Source: Patescibacteria group bacterium
Lineage (GTDB): Bacteria > Patescibacteriota > Minisyncoccia > UBA6257 > UBA9933
Length of the DNA stretch: 51,075 nt
Direction of reading: 5' to 3'
Assembly: GCA_038065035.1 (NCBI GenBank)
Contig: JBBTRV010000002.1
Coordinates: 1 to 51,075 of the forward strand
Part shown: positions 27,297 to 37,948 of the stretch, in pieces
How positions within the stretch are numbered: position 1 is the first letter of the stretch
Layout: each line of letters begins with the position of its first letter
Made by a program: the position numbers and the translations under genes
The notes under the pieces: model-generated
The model's database searches: none
What the model was told of the DNA's origin: nothing
What the model saw: the letters and a program-made list of their open reading frames with translations, nothing else

Positions 27297-28232
27297 ATGG
27301 ATACAATAAAAATCATATTTTTTTTAATAATTGCCATTGTTTTAACGATGTTTTTTCTCAGCAATGTTCCGAATATCATAAGCAGATTAGAAACAATGCC
27401 GCCAAAAAAAACAACGGAATCGTTTATCCAAAAGCCGATTTACACGCCGCCAGCCACAACACCGATACAAACTCCCCCACCAACGCCATCGCCTATTAAC
27501 TCTACCACAACTTATTATCTTCCATATGTTTCCGATTATGAAATTCCAAATGGATTAAAACGCGAACAGCTTTCGCCTTATTTCAGAAAAGTAAGGATTT
27601 CTTCTGCTTCCGCTTATTCAACCGTTAATTACCCTTCAAAAATATCCCTAAATTATTATTTAAACGGCGGTGAAGCTATAAATATCACAAGGTGGAAAAT
27701 AAGAAGCAACAAGGGAGAAATTGAAATCCCAAAAGCAGTTGATAACTATGACCTCTCAATTTTAGCTGTTCCAAAAGATATTATCCTTCAAAATTACGGA
27801 TATATAGATATTTACAGCAATAAAAGCGCGATTAATCAAAATATCCGGCTCAATAAATGCGCCGGCTACTTGGAAAACTTCTACGATTTTGTCCCTTCTC
27901 TTACCCAAAATTGTCCGTTAATTTACGAATCTCGCGCTGAAATCGCCGGATTAGCCGGCTATTGCCAGTCATATATTTATTCTCTCGGAAGCTGCAAGCT
28001 TCCCGATACCGCGATTTATAATTCTTTTCCGGGAACCGATGAAGGAAATGCCTGCCGCGCTTATTTAAATACTATCAGCTACGGCACTTGCCTGAAAAAA
28101 CACTCCAAAGACGACGATTTTTTCAAAAACGAGTGGTGGCTCTGGGTTGATAAAATAATTCTTGACCAGATCCACGACCGCTTACGATTATTCGACGAAA
28201 AAGAGCTTTTAGTCGACGAGTATATTTATTAG
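27297..28232 (+). CDS. Exported hypothetical protein, Pro/Thr linker, Cys-rich, lamin-tail-like fold possible
   Basis: N-terminal TM, PT-rich linker, INITRWKI, six Cys, DRLRLFDEKELLVDEY. Confidence 0.7.
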   Translation: MDTIKIIFFLIIAIVLTMFFLSNVPNIISRLETMPPKKTTESFIQKPIYTPPATTPIQTPPPTPSPINSTTTYYLPYVSDYEIPNGLKREQLSPYFRKVRISSASAYSTVNYPSKISLNYYLNGGEAINITRWKIRSNKGEIEIPKAVDNYDLSILAVPKDIILQNYGYIDIYSNKSAINQNIRLNKCAGYLENFYDFVPSLTQNCPLIYESRAEIAGLAGYCQSYIYSLGSCKLPDTAIYNSFPGTDEGNACRAYLNTISYGTCLKKHSKDDDFFKNEWWLWVDKIILDQIHDRLRLFDEKELLVDEYIY

Positions 28233-31090
28233 ATTACAAAATTAATCAGCTTGTCCGCTACGAAAATAACTTTTTTAATTTCCTTGCCAGTGATTAAAAT
28301 TTTAATCCTGTCCGAAAACAATGCCTCTTTTTCCGCTTCTTTTTGGGAGATTCCGCTATTGGCCAAAATTTTATCGCGAGTCTTTCCGTTTATCTGAATT
28401 ACTAATTCAAAAGTTTCTTCTTTAATAAGATTTTTATCATATCGCGGCCATTTTTCCAGATGCACCGATTTTTTTCCGCCAAGCTGATGCCATAATTCCT
28501 CGCTAAGATGAGGCGCGAAAGGCGCCAATAACTTTAAAAATCGTTTTATTGTTTTATCATCGCATTGTTGATGATTTTCTTCTATCTTGTTGAATAAAAT
28601 CATCAACGCGCTAATCGCCGTGTTAAAATGAAAATTTTCAATATCTTCAGAAATTTTTTTGATAGTTTGGTGTAAAAGTCTTTCTAATTCATCGTTTTTA
28701 ACGCTTGATACTTGATACTTGATGCTTGATATTAATTTATTTATTCTTTCCAGAAATCTTTTAACTCCGAGTATCCCGGTCGGATTCCACGGTCCGCCTT
28801 GGTCATAAGGCCCCATAAAGCAAAGATACATCCTAACGGCATCACTGCCGAATTTTTTAACTAAATTGTCAGGGTCAACAACATTGCCGCGCGATTTAGA
28901 CATTTTTTGGCCGTCAGAACCAAGAATTATACCTTGATGACGCAAAGCCGCAAACGGCTCGCCAAAATTCAAATAACCGAAATCTTGAAGCGCTTTGGTG
29001 AAAAATCGTACATATAAAAGATGCATTGCGGCATGCTCGGCTCCTCCGATATACATATCAACCGGCAGCCAATTTTTTATTTTTTTCCCGTCAGCAAACT
29101 TCTTTGAATTATTCGGATCAACATATCGCAAATAATACCAAGAAGAACAGACAAACGTGTCCATTGTGTCTGTTTCTCTTTTTGCTGGATTGCCGCATTT
29201 AGGACATTTTACATTTACAAATTTTTTTGAATGAGCTAATGGCGATTTCCCTTCTTCTGTTGGCAAATAATTTTTGATATTCGGCAATATTACCGGCAGT
29301 TTTTTCTCCGGTACCGGAACAATTCCGCATCCGCCAGCTGGCGGATCGCAATAAATAATCGGAATCGGCGCACCCCAATAACGCTGCCTTGAAACAAGCC
29401 AGTCACGAAGTTTATAATTAATTTTCTTTTCACCCAATTTATTATCTTTAAGCCACTTCATCATTTTTTCTCTCGCTTCCTCGGATTTCATTCCTGTAAA
29501 TTGACCAGAATTAACAAGGACTCCATCTTCCGCATATGTTTCTTCGCCATTTAATCTTTTAACCCAATCGTCCATTTCCGCATGGCACAACGTATCATAA
29601 TTAACATTTTCTTTATCGACCCAGATTAACTCATGCGAAATTTCCCATTCTTTATCAACTGGAGATTTTTCTTCATTTATAAGGTCGAATAAAACGCCCG
29701 TTGTATAGGCAACCCTATTTTCATCTTTATGCTTGGCAAAATATTCAGCGCGAACTTCCCCGCCCAAAATTTTAACTAATTTAATATTTTTATAGCCGGT
29801 TTCTTCTTCTGTCTCTCTTCTGGCCGCTTCCACTACGCTTTCATTTTCTTCAATTCCTCCCATAGGAAAAGTAACCCAATGAAATTTTTTTGATTTTAAA
29901 CATAGAAATTTATTATTTTTTGGATTCCTTACAAGTGCGTGAACATTTTTTCTTTCCACTGTTTTTTTGCCATAAGCAGGCGGATTTTTTTTATCAATTC
30001 TATTTGGTATTACAACCTCTTTAATGGGCAAATTATATTTTTTCGCAAATTCCCAATCCCTTTCATCGTGCGCCGGAACAGCCATCACCGCGCCAGTGCC
30101 ATAATGCCCCAAGACATAATCCGCAATAAAAACCGGCACTGTTTCATTATTAAAAGGATTTATCGCTTTAATCCCTTTTAATTCAACTCCTGTTTTCTTT
30201 TTATCCGCCTCCAATCTTTGAAGTTCAGTTTTTTTTCTTGCCTGCTCAATATAATTTTCAACTTCTTTAATATTCAATATCTCAGATTTTAAATTTGAAA
30301 TTATGTCATGTTCAGGAGCGATAACCAAATAAGTGCATCCGAAAACAGTATCCGCACGCGTTGTAAAAACTTCAATTGAAAATCGAAGATTTAAAACTGG
30401 AAATTTAATTATCGCCCCCTCCGACCGTCCTATCCAATTTTTCTGCATTATTTTTGTTTTTTCCGGCCAATCCAGCTTATCTAAGTCATTCAATAATCTT
30501 TCTGCGTAATCAGTAATTTTAAAAAGCCATTGTTCAATATCGCGCTGAACAACCTGCGCATCGCATCTTTCACATTTGCCATTTATCACCTGCTCATTAG
30601 CCAAAACAGTATGGCATTTTGGGCACCAATTTGCCGAAACCTTTTTCTTATACGCCAAACCATTCTTAAACATCTGCAAAAACATCCACTGGGTCCATTT
30701 ATAATATTCCGGCTCAGCGGTAATGATTTTGCGCGACCAGTCATACATATTTCCCATACTTTCAAGCTGAATCGTCATTGTCTTGATATTTTTATAAGTC
30801 CAATCCTTCGGATGAATTCCTCTTTTAATAGCCGCATTTTCAGCTGGCAAGCCAAAAGCGTCGAAACCAATTGGCGATAAGACATTAAAACCAGCCATTC
30901 TTTTGAAACGGCTGAAAACATCGGCCGGAGCAAAATTATACCAATGGCCGATATGAAGGTTTCCAGAAGGATACGGAAACATCACTAAATGATAAAAATT
31001 CTTTCTGCTGAGAACTTTATCTTTCGTCTTATAAATCTTTTTTTGTTTCCATATTTTCTGCCACCTTTTTTCAATCCTATTAAAATCCAT
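28229..31090 (-). CDS. leuS: Leucine--tRNA ligase with inserted NUDIX domain
   Basis: HIGH, KMSKS, GTGAVMAVPAHD, SRQRYWG; Nudix box GGIEENESVVEAARRETEEETG. Confidence 0.97.
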   Translation of the reverse strand: MDFNRIEKRWQKIWKQKKIYKTKDKVLSRKNFYHLVMFPYPSGNLHIGHWYNFAPADVFSRFKRMAGFNVLSPIGFDAFGLPAENAAIKRGIHPKDWTYKNIKTMTIQLESMGNMYDWSRKIITAEPEYYKWTQWMFLQMFKNGLAYKKKVSANWCPKCHTVLANEQVINGKCERCDAQVVQRDIEQWLFKITDYAERLLNDLDKLDWPEKTKIMQKNWIGRSEGAIIKFPVLNLRFSIEVFTTRADTVFGCTYLVIAPEHDIISNLKSEILNIKEVENYIEQARKKTELQRLEADKKKTGVELKGIKAINPFNNETVPVFIADYVLGHYGTGAVMAVPAHDERDWEFAKKYNLPIKEVVIPNRIDKKNPPAYGKKTVERKNVHALVRNPKNNKFLCLKSKKFHWVTFPMGGIEENESVVEAARRETEEETGYKNIKLVKILGGEVRAEYFAKHKDENRVAYTTGVLFDLINEEKSPVDKEWEISHELIWVDKENVNYDTLCHAEMDDWVKRLNGEETYAEDGVLVNSGQFTGMKSEEAREKMMKWLKDNKLGEKKINYKLRDWLVSRQRYWGAPIPIIYCDPPAGGCGIVPVPEKKLPVILPNIKNYLPTEEGKSPLAHSKKFVNVKCPKCGNPAKRETDTMDTFVCSSWYYLRYVDPNNSKKFADGKKIKNWLPVDMYIGGAEHAAMHLLYVRFFTKALQDFGYLNFGEPFAALRHQGIILGSDGQKMSKSRGNVVDPDNLVKKFGSDAVRMYLCFMGPYDQGGPWNPTGILGVKRFLERINKLISSIKYQVSSVKNDELERLLHQTIKKISEDIENFHFNTAISALMILFNKIEENHQQCDDKTIKRFLKLLAPFAPHLSEELWHQLGGKKSVHLEKWPRYDKNLIKEETFELVIQINGKTRDKILANSGISQKEAEKEALFSDRIKILITGKEIKKVIFVADKLINFVI

Positions 31091-31093
31091 ATT

Positions 31094-32596
31094 CTATCTC
31101 TTTTTTATACTGAAACTAATCGTAAAATCAACGCCTCCGCCAGACGACACAATCCTATCTATCGGCAGATTAACATTTTCAAAATCTTGAATGCCGATTA
31201 AATTGTTTTTGAAATCAATCGCCGCTTGCTCATTAGCAGAACTAGCAGTTATTAAAACAGGCGCATCAATCGATTGTATGAATATTCTTCTAATATCAAC
31301 TCCTTCCGGCGTCAATGATTTTATTTTTTCAAAAAAAGCCGACCATCTTGACCGCTCGCCATAGGATTCCATCGCAAGGTCGATTCTTTTGTTTAAATTT
31401 ATTATTTCTTCCTGAAATTTTTGAACTTCGATATTTTCAGCTTGATTATCATTAATCAAAGAAGCGCGCTGCTCTCCCAAAGAAGCGCCCATTCTTATTA
31501 AAAATATATCCGCTGCTCCAAAAAAAATATTTATAAAAATTAAAAAGATGCAAAATGCAAAACTCCAAATTTTAACAAATCTTACTATTCTTTGATTATG
31601 AAATTCTTTTTCAGTGCCGATTTTAGATAAACTTATAATTGTATCTAGTGAACGGGGAATTAACCCTCTTAAAGCCGAACCTAAAACCGAAAAATTAAAC
31701 TGTGAAATATTTGAATATTTGGAAGGAACAAACGGCTGAACCTTAAAGGGAAAATTCTTGCCTATTAATTCAATAATTTCGTCTTTTAATCCATAAGCAA
31801 TTAAATAAAATTCTTTAACTTGTCCATCCCAATGAGTTGTATAAAAACTAATCACTCTTTTGATTTCTTCAACAATCACGTTTTTGAAAGAATCAAAAGA
31901 AACTTGCCGCTGATCCTTATAAATAGACTGCCAAGAAACAAAATGGTTAAAATAAATATCGCCGTTTTTCAACAAACTGAATCCAAGTCCGTTGACGCCG
32001 ACAAGAAAAAGAATAAAATGGTTATCTGTACCTATTATATTGGCGGCACCTTCTTTTATCAAACGGCCAAGAGCTAATCCACCGAATTCAATAGCTACCG
32101 GCATAAAACCAACAGCTTTTAAAGAACTATCGAAATCGTCTATTATTTCTTTTTGGATAAAAACTCCTAAAATCTCCATATCCCCTCCATCTTTCTTATT
32201 ATCGTCTAATATCTGCCAATCGGAATAAACATTAGCAAAATCAATAGGAGAAAGCATCTGCAAATTAAGCCTTATCGTTTCTTCCATGTTGGCGCCGATA
32301 GTAGGAGGAAGATTAAAAAGCTGAGTATAAATATTACTATCAGAAATATTAACTATAACGTAGTTTCTTTTTTTCCCCCCTGAAGAAATTTGCTTTTTCA
32401 GCTCTTCCAAGGCGCTTATTAATTTATCGCGTTTAACAATCTTGCCATCAACAACAACGCCAGTTTCCAGTTTAATTGAATAAAAAAGCGGCTCTCCTCC
32501 CCTAAAAAGGCAAAACCTTAAATCAACGTCCGTTATTTCTAAAGCATTAATCTGCGGCTGAGGGCTAATAATATTTAATATTTTTTTAAAATTCAT
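31094..32596 (-). CDS. PilM-PilN-like fusion (type IV pilus assembly)
   Basis: Actin-like N-part (ALEITD, GVVVDG, GSALRG), TM, coiled coil, PilN-like C-terminus. Confidence 0.75.
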   Translation of the reverse strand: MNFKKILNIISPQPQINALEITDVDLRFCLFRGGEPLFYSIKLETGVVVDGKIVKRDKLISALEELKKQISSGGKKRNYVIVNISDSNIYTQLFNLPPTIGANMEETIRLNLQMLSPIDFANVYSDWQILDDNKKDGGDMEILGVFIQKEIIDDFDSSLKAVGFMPVAIEFGGLALGRLIKEGAANIIGTDNHFILFLVGVNGLGFSLLKNGDIYFNHFVSWQSIYKDQRQVSFDSFKNVIVEEIKRVISFYTTHWDGQVKEFYLIAYGLKDEIIELIGKNFPFKVQPFVPSKYSNISQFNFSVLGSALRGLIPRSLDTIISLSKIGTEKEFHNQRIVRFVKIWSFAFCIFLIFINIFFGAADIFLIRMGASLGEQRASLINDNQAENIEVQKFQEEIINLNKRIDLAMESYGERSRWSAFFEKIKSLTPEGVDIRRIFIQSIDAPVLITASSANEQAAIDFKNNLIGIQDFENVNLPIDRIVSSGGGVDFTISFSIKKR

Positions 32597-32598
32597 TT

Positions 32599-33027
32599 TT
32601 AAATTTCAACTTCTCTGATAAATTCAACCTTAACTTCTTCATCGTTATTATCAACTCCGGTGACCGCCGTTAATTTACGCCGTTTGGGTCCGGCTGAACC
32701 CAAAGAAGTAATTTCATATTTTCCAATAGAAGGCGAATCTTTTAAAATCCAAACTTGTGTTGAATTATTACCGATATTTAAAACATAAGGGTAAGGCAAA
32801 ATAGTATCTCCCTTATTTCTAATAATCTTGATTATGGCGTCATCAACGCCGCTTTTAGCCGCCGATAATGCTTCTTCCGATATTTTAACTCCAAATCCGG
32901 AAGAATTCAAAAAATAAGAAATAAAAAGTCCAGCAATGCCGATTTCAACAATCAATCCGCCAATTAAAAGAATAACAGGCAAGACAGCGATACCGCTGAT
33001 ATTTTTATTTATATTGAATCTGCCCAT
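32599..33027 (-). CDS. PilX-like minor pilin
   Basis: SG-IAVLPVILLIGG N-terminus lacking E5, ALSAAKSG, ITSLG. Confidence 0.75.
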   Translation of the reverse strand: MGRFNINKNISGIAVLPVILLIGGLIVEIGIAGLFISYFLNSSGFGVKISEEALSAAKSGVDDAIIKIIRNKGDTILPYPYVLNIGNNSTQVWILKDSPSIGKYEITSLGSAGPKRRKLTAVTGVDNNDEEVKVEFIREVEI

Positions 33028-33475
33028 TTGAATTAATTGTTATTGTCGTTGTGGCCAAAGAATTATTTTTTAAAAAGATAACAACGGTTGTTGACGATGT
33101 TGGCAAGCCGTTCATTTTATTAAAAGAAATATTTTTACTATTACCAATAACCGGATCTAAAAATTGAATATTGGGACGCAAATTTTTCTTTGAGACGAAA
33201 GTAGTTGTTACTCCCCTATATAAAACATAAAAACCGCTATTATTAGCCGCATTTTCAAAATAAACTCCCCACTGACTGCTGTCTTCCTGACTTATTGAAC
33301 GATCTTGAGCGTTGCGCAAAACCGAAATAATTTCTCTAGCTGTAAGCTCTAGCTCGCTTTGCGATTTAAAATTAAATCCTATAATACTATAAGAACTAAT
33401 AATGATAATGACGGAAATAGCCATTACGATAATAAGTTCAATCAAAGTAAACCCCGACCCTCTGTCAATTCCCAT
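33005..33475 (-). CDS. FimT/GspH-like minor pilin
   Basis: SG-FTLIELIIVMAI, LRNAQDRSI, ITINSNGQI. Confidence 0.85.
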   Translation of the reverse strand: MGIDRGSGFTLIELIIVMAISVIIIISSYSIIGFNFKSQSELELTAREIISVLRNAQDRSISQEDSSQWGVYFENAANNSGFYVLYRGVTTTFVSKKNLRPNIQFLDPVIGNSKNISFNKMNGLPTSSTTVVIFLKNNSLATTTITINSNGQIQYK

Positions 33476-33821
33476 AATTTTTAATTATATTCAAAACCTG
33501 ACTATCGTCTTTTAATCTTGTTTTCCAAATAATTTTTTCCCTATTAATATAAATTTTACTTTCCGGGCCCCAAAAAGCATTTTCAAATTTCAAAACGCTA
33601 AAAGGATTTTGAGAATCAGAAATATTTTTCTGCAAGAAATAAACATCGCTTAAAAATAAATAAGGGAAAATGCTTACTTTTCCAAAATAAATATCTCCGT
33701 TTTCCAAATAAACCGCGTAATACGGTTTTTCAACATTATTTTGCCGCCAATAAATAATAGCCATCAAAATAATAACCAACGCTACAAGAAAAAGCAAAAT
33801 ATTTTTTTTTGATAAAAACAT
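33465..33821 (-). CDS. Conserved hypothetical membrane-anchored protein
   Basis: YAVYLENGDIYFGK, LSDVYF, GPESKIYINREKI. Confidence 0.75.
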   Translation of the reverse strand: MFLSKKNILLFLVALVIILMAIIYWRQNNVEKPYYAVYLENGDIYFGKVSIFPYLFLSDVYFLQKNISDSQNPFSVLKFENAFWGPESKIYINREKIIWKTRLKDDSQVLNIIKNYGN

Positions 33822-33842
33822 TAATTCAACTGATTTTTTTAT

Positions 33843-34901
33843 TTACGGACTCCAGCTTATATTTATTTCATCAACCTTTGGCCCGTAAGGCTGTGTTGAA
33901 GACACGAAAATTTTATATCGGAAATACCGATAGTTATTATTATACTGCAAATTTACCGATTTAACAGCTCCCGGACCGGAAGTTTCGTAATAAACGCCGC
34001 TTGTTCCATCTGGGCCATAATAATTCCAAGGACCGCTCGGACTACTAGTAGCGGCAATTTGAAATTTAACACTTGCAGATGGATTACCATTCAAATTTCC
34101 ATTCCAGCTAATAGTATTTATAGCCGCTTTGCTTTGGCCTGTTGACTGGCTAAAAAATTCAAAAACACTAGAGGTAAGTTTCGCGCTAGTTGATGTTGAA
34201 GTTTGATAGATATTGCCGCCATTGCCGCCGGAAAAGCTCATATTTGTTGAAGTGGTGAATTTATTATTGACGACTGCGGCGCCAGTTGAAGTAGGAAAAA
34301 ATTCCTGACCCGACCCATCGCTCCAATCGCTTTGTTTAAAATTAAAATTCCGATTGCGCGTTAAATAAACAGATCTTACTAAAGAACCGTTATTTTTCCA
34401 ATTAATTATTATGGTGACTTTTTGAGTTGAAGGGTCTTCCAAAACCTCGCCACTTGAAGGCCAAACAGAACAAGAAGTGCTGGTTGCGGCATTTGTAATA
34501 TTGCCAATCCCGCAAGAGTCGCGATTAATGTTTTCAATGGAAAAGTATCTGGTAAAATTCTCTCCCTCTATAACAGTTGATGAAGCGCCCGCTTCCAAAA
34601 CATAAGTCGTGCTTGAAGCAATTAGATGGAATTGCGAATTTGAACCCTTTGGATTTCCAGGGCAAACACCTGAGGGCGGACAATAAATTTCCAGCCACCT
34701 CGACTGTGAAATCGCATTGATATTATCAAAATATTCTTGTGCCAGAAAACTGGCGATTTGATTCATTCTTACTTCTAAACTATTCCTTAAAACAAGATAG
34801 ATAGCCGAAGTGGCCGCTGTAATAAAAATACCTCCGATTGTCAAAGCAATAATTAATTCAATCAAAGATTGGCCAGAGATTCTATTTAAAAATTGCTTCA
34901 T
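33843..34901 (-). CDS. PilV-like minor pilin with extra C-terminal beta domain
   Basis: SG-QSLIELIIAL, FTRYFSIE, DPSTQKVT, YRYFRYK. Confidence 0.8.
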   Translation of the reverse strand: MKQFLNRISGQSLIELIIALTIGGIFITAATSAIYLVLRNSLEVRMNQIASFLAQEYFDNINAISQSRWLEIYCPPSGVCPGNPKGSNSQFHLIASSTTYVLEAGASSTVIEGENFTRYFSIENINRDSCGIGNITNAATSTSCSVWPSSGEVLEDPSTQKVTIIINWKNNGSLVRSVYLTRNRNFNFKQSDWSDGSGQEFFPTSTGAAVVNNKFTTSTNMSFSGGNGGNIYQTSTSTSAKLTSSVFEFFSQSTGQSKAAINTISWNGNLNGNPSASVKFQIAATSSPSGPWNYYGPDGTSGVYYETSGPGAVKSVNLQYNNNYRYFRYKIFVSSTQPYGPKVDEINISWSP

Positions 34902-34948
34902 TAAAAAATTTATTGAATCCGCCAGTTAGCGGAATAAATTAAAAATTA

Positions 34949-36160
34949 TTAAAATTGCCCGACAAGCTGATAAATCGGCACAATAATAGATAAGGCAATA
35001 AAAGCAATAACTAAACCAATAATTAAAAGTAAAATAGGTTCCAAAAAAGAAACAAGACTTTTAATAGAAGACTCTATCTCTGATTCATAAAAATCTCCCA
35101 TAGTAGACAGCATATTTTCAATGTGGCCGGCTTTTTCAGAAATCGCCATTAAATTAACGACCATTCGCGGGAAAACCGTCTCGCGCCTAAAAGCTTCGCC
35201 AATTGTCATTCCCTTGGAAATTCCTTCACGAGATATTCTTAATAAAGAACTTTTTATCTCTTCCGAGCCCACGGCGTCGGCGGTTATTTCAAGAGAATTC
35301 AAAATCGGCATACCGGCTGATAGCAACGCCGACAGCGTTGAAACAAAACGCTGAAGGGCAATTTTTTTTAAAACCGATCCGACCGCTGGCAACTTAGTTA
35401 TAAACCGATAAAAGATTTTTCTGCCTGCCAAAGTTTTAAAAGAAAAAAACAATCCGCCGAAAATGATTAACATAAACAAACCCAGAATAATCCAAACATA
35501 ATCACCGATGAAAAGACTGATGGAAAAAACAACTCTTGAAAAAGCCGGCGGTTCAAACCCGCCAGAATTAAAAACATTGGCTATTTTAGGCAAGGCAAAA
35601 CTAATCAACAATACAAGCACAATAATGGAAACAATGGCAAGAATTATTGGATATGTAATCGCCGCTTTTATTCTATTTCTTAAATCTTGATCTCTTTGAA
35701 GGGAAATACTTAATTGTTCAAGAACATTCTCAAGATTCCCAGACGCTTCGCCGGCTTTTATTAAATTAACAAAAACTGGAGAAAAAATTTTCGGGTATTT
35801 GGCAAAAACATAACAAAATGGTTGACCTTTTTCCAAACCAAGCCGAATTTCGATTAAAAGGGCTTTAAGCGAGGGATTATCGAAATCAGCGATTAGAATA
35901 TCAATCGCTTTGAATAAATCGGTGCCAATCTTAAGCATCAATGATAAATATCTCGTTAAAAAAATTTTATCACTGATTAAAACAGATTTCTTGAAAATTT
36001 TAAAACCAGCGCTCTTCCCAACTTCTTTTAAAATTTTAAGGGATAACGGTTTCAATCCTTGATTAGCAAGGTATTTTAAAACATCGAGAGAATTATCAGC
36101 TTCATAATTGCCTTCTATAGTATTACCAGAAACATTAGTGGCGATATAATGAAAACGCAT
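34949..36160 (-). CDS. pilC: Type IV pilus inner-membrane platform protein PilC (GspF family)
   Basis: AGEASGNL, AAITYP, LEP, PIYQL. Confidence 0.92.
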   Translation of the reverse strand: MRFHYIATNVSGNTIEGNYEADNSLDVLKYLANQGLKPLSLKILKEVGKSAGFKIFKKSVLISDKIFLTRYLSLMLKIGTDLFKAIDILIADFDNPSLKALLIEIRLGLEKGQPFCYVFAKYPKIFSPVFVNLIKAGEASGNLENVLEQLSISLQRDQDLRNRIKAAITYPIILAIVSIIVLVLLISFALPKIANVFNSGGFEPPAFSRVVFSISLFIGDYVWIILGLFMLIIFGGLFFSFKTLAGRKIFYRFITKLPAVGSVLKKIALQRFVSTLSALLSAGMPILNSLEITADAVGSEEIKSSLLRISREGISKGMTIGEAFRRETVFPRMVVNLMAISEKAGHIENMLSTMGDFYESEIESSIKSLVSFLEPILLLIIGLVIAFIALSIIVPIYQLVGQF

Positions 36161-36240
36161 ATTAGTTAATTGGTTGATTAGTTAATTGGTTGATTAGTTT
36201 TTTACTAATTGACTAACTAACCAATTCGCTAATTAACTAT
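36161..36240. repeat. Inverted repeat with 8-nt-periodic arms
   Basis: ATTAGTTA ATTGGTTG ATTAGTTA ATTGGTTG ATTAGTT ... ACTAATTG ACTAACTA ACCAATTC GCTAATTA ACTA; fills the whole pilB-pilC gap. Confidence 0.85.
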
Positions 36241-37946
36241 TCTCGTATCACGCGAAGCACTTCATCAATTGTCGTCATTCCCAATTCCGCTTTCCGCAAA
36301 CCATCCTCAAACATAGTAACCATCCCCCCCTTCTTTGCTAAAACTAAAATATTATCCAAAGAAAATCCCGGGCTTATAATTTCTTTTCTTAAGTTTTCGT
36401 CTATACTTAAAATTTCAAAAATGCCAATCCGACCGGAAAATCCCGAATTATTGCAAGCCGAACAACCCTTTCCCCTATATAAAATTTTCGGCTCTTTATA
36501 ATTCAAAACCAATTTTAAATCTTCAATCTGCTTCTTTAATAATTCTAACAAATTTTCGGACGGCGTGAAAGACTCGATGCAATTAAGACAAATTTTTCTT
36601 ACTAATCTTTGAGCAAGCACTGCATTTAAAACCGCTGCCACCAAAAAAGGCGCTATTTTCATATCAATCATTCGAGGTACGGCAGTTGCAGCGTCATTTG
36701 TATGCAAGCTTGAAAGAAGTAAATGGCCGGTTAATGCGGCATGGACGCTAATTTCCGCCGTTTCTTCATCCCTAACTTCACCGACCATAATAATATTCGG
36801 GTCTTGTCTTAAAATCGAGCGAAGTCCGGAGGCAAAAGTAATGCCCGCTTGAATGTTTATTTGAGTTTGATTGATATATTTAATGTCGTATTCTATCGGG
36901 TCCTCAATGGTAACAATATTAACCTCTGGATGATTTAAAATATTCAAAATAGAATATAAAGTTGTTGTCTTTCCAGAGCCAGTCGGTCCAGTAATCAAAA
37001 CCATGCCGTAGCTTTTCTTAATATTTTCAATAATCAATTTTTCAACATCATCAAGCATTCCCAATTCTTTCAATGAAAGAGGTTTTTGCGTTGCCGGCAA
37101 AAGACGCATTTCCACTTTTTCACCGTAAAAAGTAGGTATTGTCGAAACTCTGATATCTATCAAATCAATCCCGACTTTATGGCGGAAACGGCCATCCTGC
37201 GGTTTTTGATGTTCATCTATTTTCAATCCGGAAAGCAATTTCATTCTAGCGATTATCGGCGCATGTACTTCCTTAGAAATCGAAAAGACCTCGTGGAGAA
37301 TGCCGTCTATTCTGAATCTCACGAAAATGCCGTCGTCAAAAATTTCTATATGAATATCCGAAGATCTCAACGACACCGCGTATGAAAGAAGATTATCTAT
37401 AATCGCCACTATCGGCATTGCCCGCGCCGCTTCTTCAACGGTGTTTATTTTCTGGCGCAAAGAAGCCTGAATATTTTCATCTATGATTTTTTTGAAATCT
37501 TCGGTGAATTGCTTGCCATAAACGGAAAATCCTTTATCAAGGTCGTCATTTGTAGCTAGAAAAGCCTTAATATTAGTTCTAAGATTTTTTTTTAAAAATT
37601 CTAAAATATTTAAGTCTGTTGGGTCTTCCATCGCCGCCAAAAGAGTACCGTCCGCTTCTTCATCAAAGATAATAACCCTTTTCTGCCTTGCCAATCCTTC
37701 TGATAATTTTCTTAATGCTTTTTCATTAATTTGACGATTGATTAAATTCGCTTTAACAACATTGAAATACTTTGACAAAACTGAATAAAGGTATTCCATC
37801 GATACAATATTTCTAGAAATCAAAACATCGCCAACATGTTGATTTTTCCTTAATGCTTCTTTTTCTACATCATCAAATGCGTCGCTTTCTATAAGCCCCT
37901 CACCTACTAAGATCTCTTTTAATTTTTTCGAAGGAATTTGAAGCAT
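36237..37946 (-). CDS. pilB: GspE/PilB-family assembly ATPase (copy 2)
   Basis: SDIHIE, PQDGR, GPTGSGKTTT, RQDPNIIMVGEVRD, CLNC/CSAC. Confidence 0.93.
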   Translation of the reverse strand: MLQIPSKKLKEILVGEGLIESDAFDDVEKEALRKNQHVGDVLISRNIVSMEYLYSVLSKYFNVVKANLINRQINEKALRKLSEGLARQKRVIIFDEEADGTLLAAMEDPTDLNILEFLKKNLRTNIKAFLATNDDLDKGFSVYGKQFTEDFKKIIDENIQASLRQKINTVEEAARAMPIVAIIDNLLSYAVSLRSSDIHIEIFDDGIFVRFRIDGILHEVFSISKEVHAPIIARMKLLSGLKIDEHQKPQDGRFRHKVGIDLIDIRVSTIPTFYGEKVEMRLLPATQKPLSLKELGMLDDVEKLIIENIKKSYGMVLITGPTGSGKTTTLYSILNILNHPEVNIVTIEDPIEYDIKYINQTQINIQAGITFASGLRSILRQDPNIIMVGEVRDEETAEISVHAALTGHLLLSSLHTNDAATAVPRMIDMKIAPFLVAAVLNAVLAQRLVRKICLNCIESFTPSENLLELLKKQIEDLKLVLNYKEPKILYRGKGCSACNNSGFSGRIGIFEILSIDENLRKEIISPGFSLDNILVLAKKGGMVTMFEDGLRKAELGMTTIDEVLRVIRE

Positions 37947-37948
37947 AT

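Noticed and set aside
36161-36240. Possible CRISPR array or iterons
   Set aside because: Units are 8 nt and contiguous with no unique spacers; no cas or rep genes in the window
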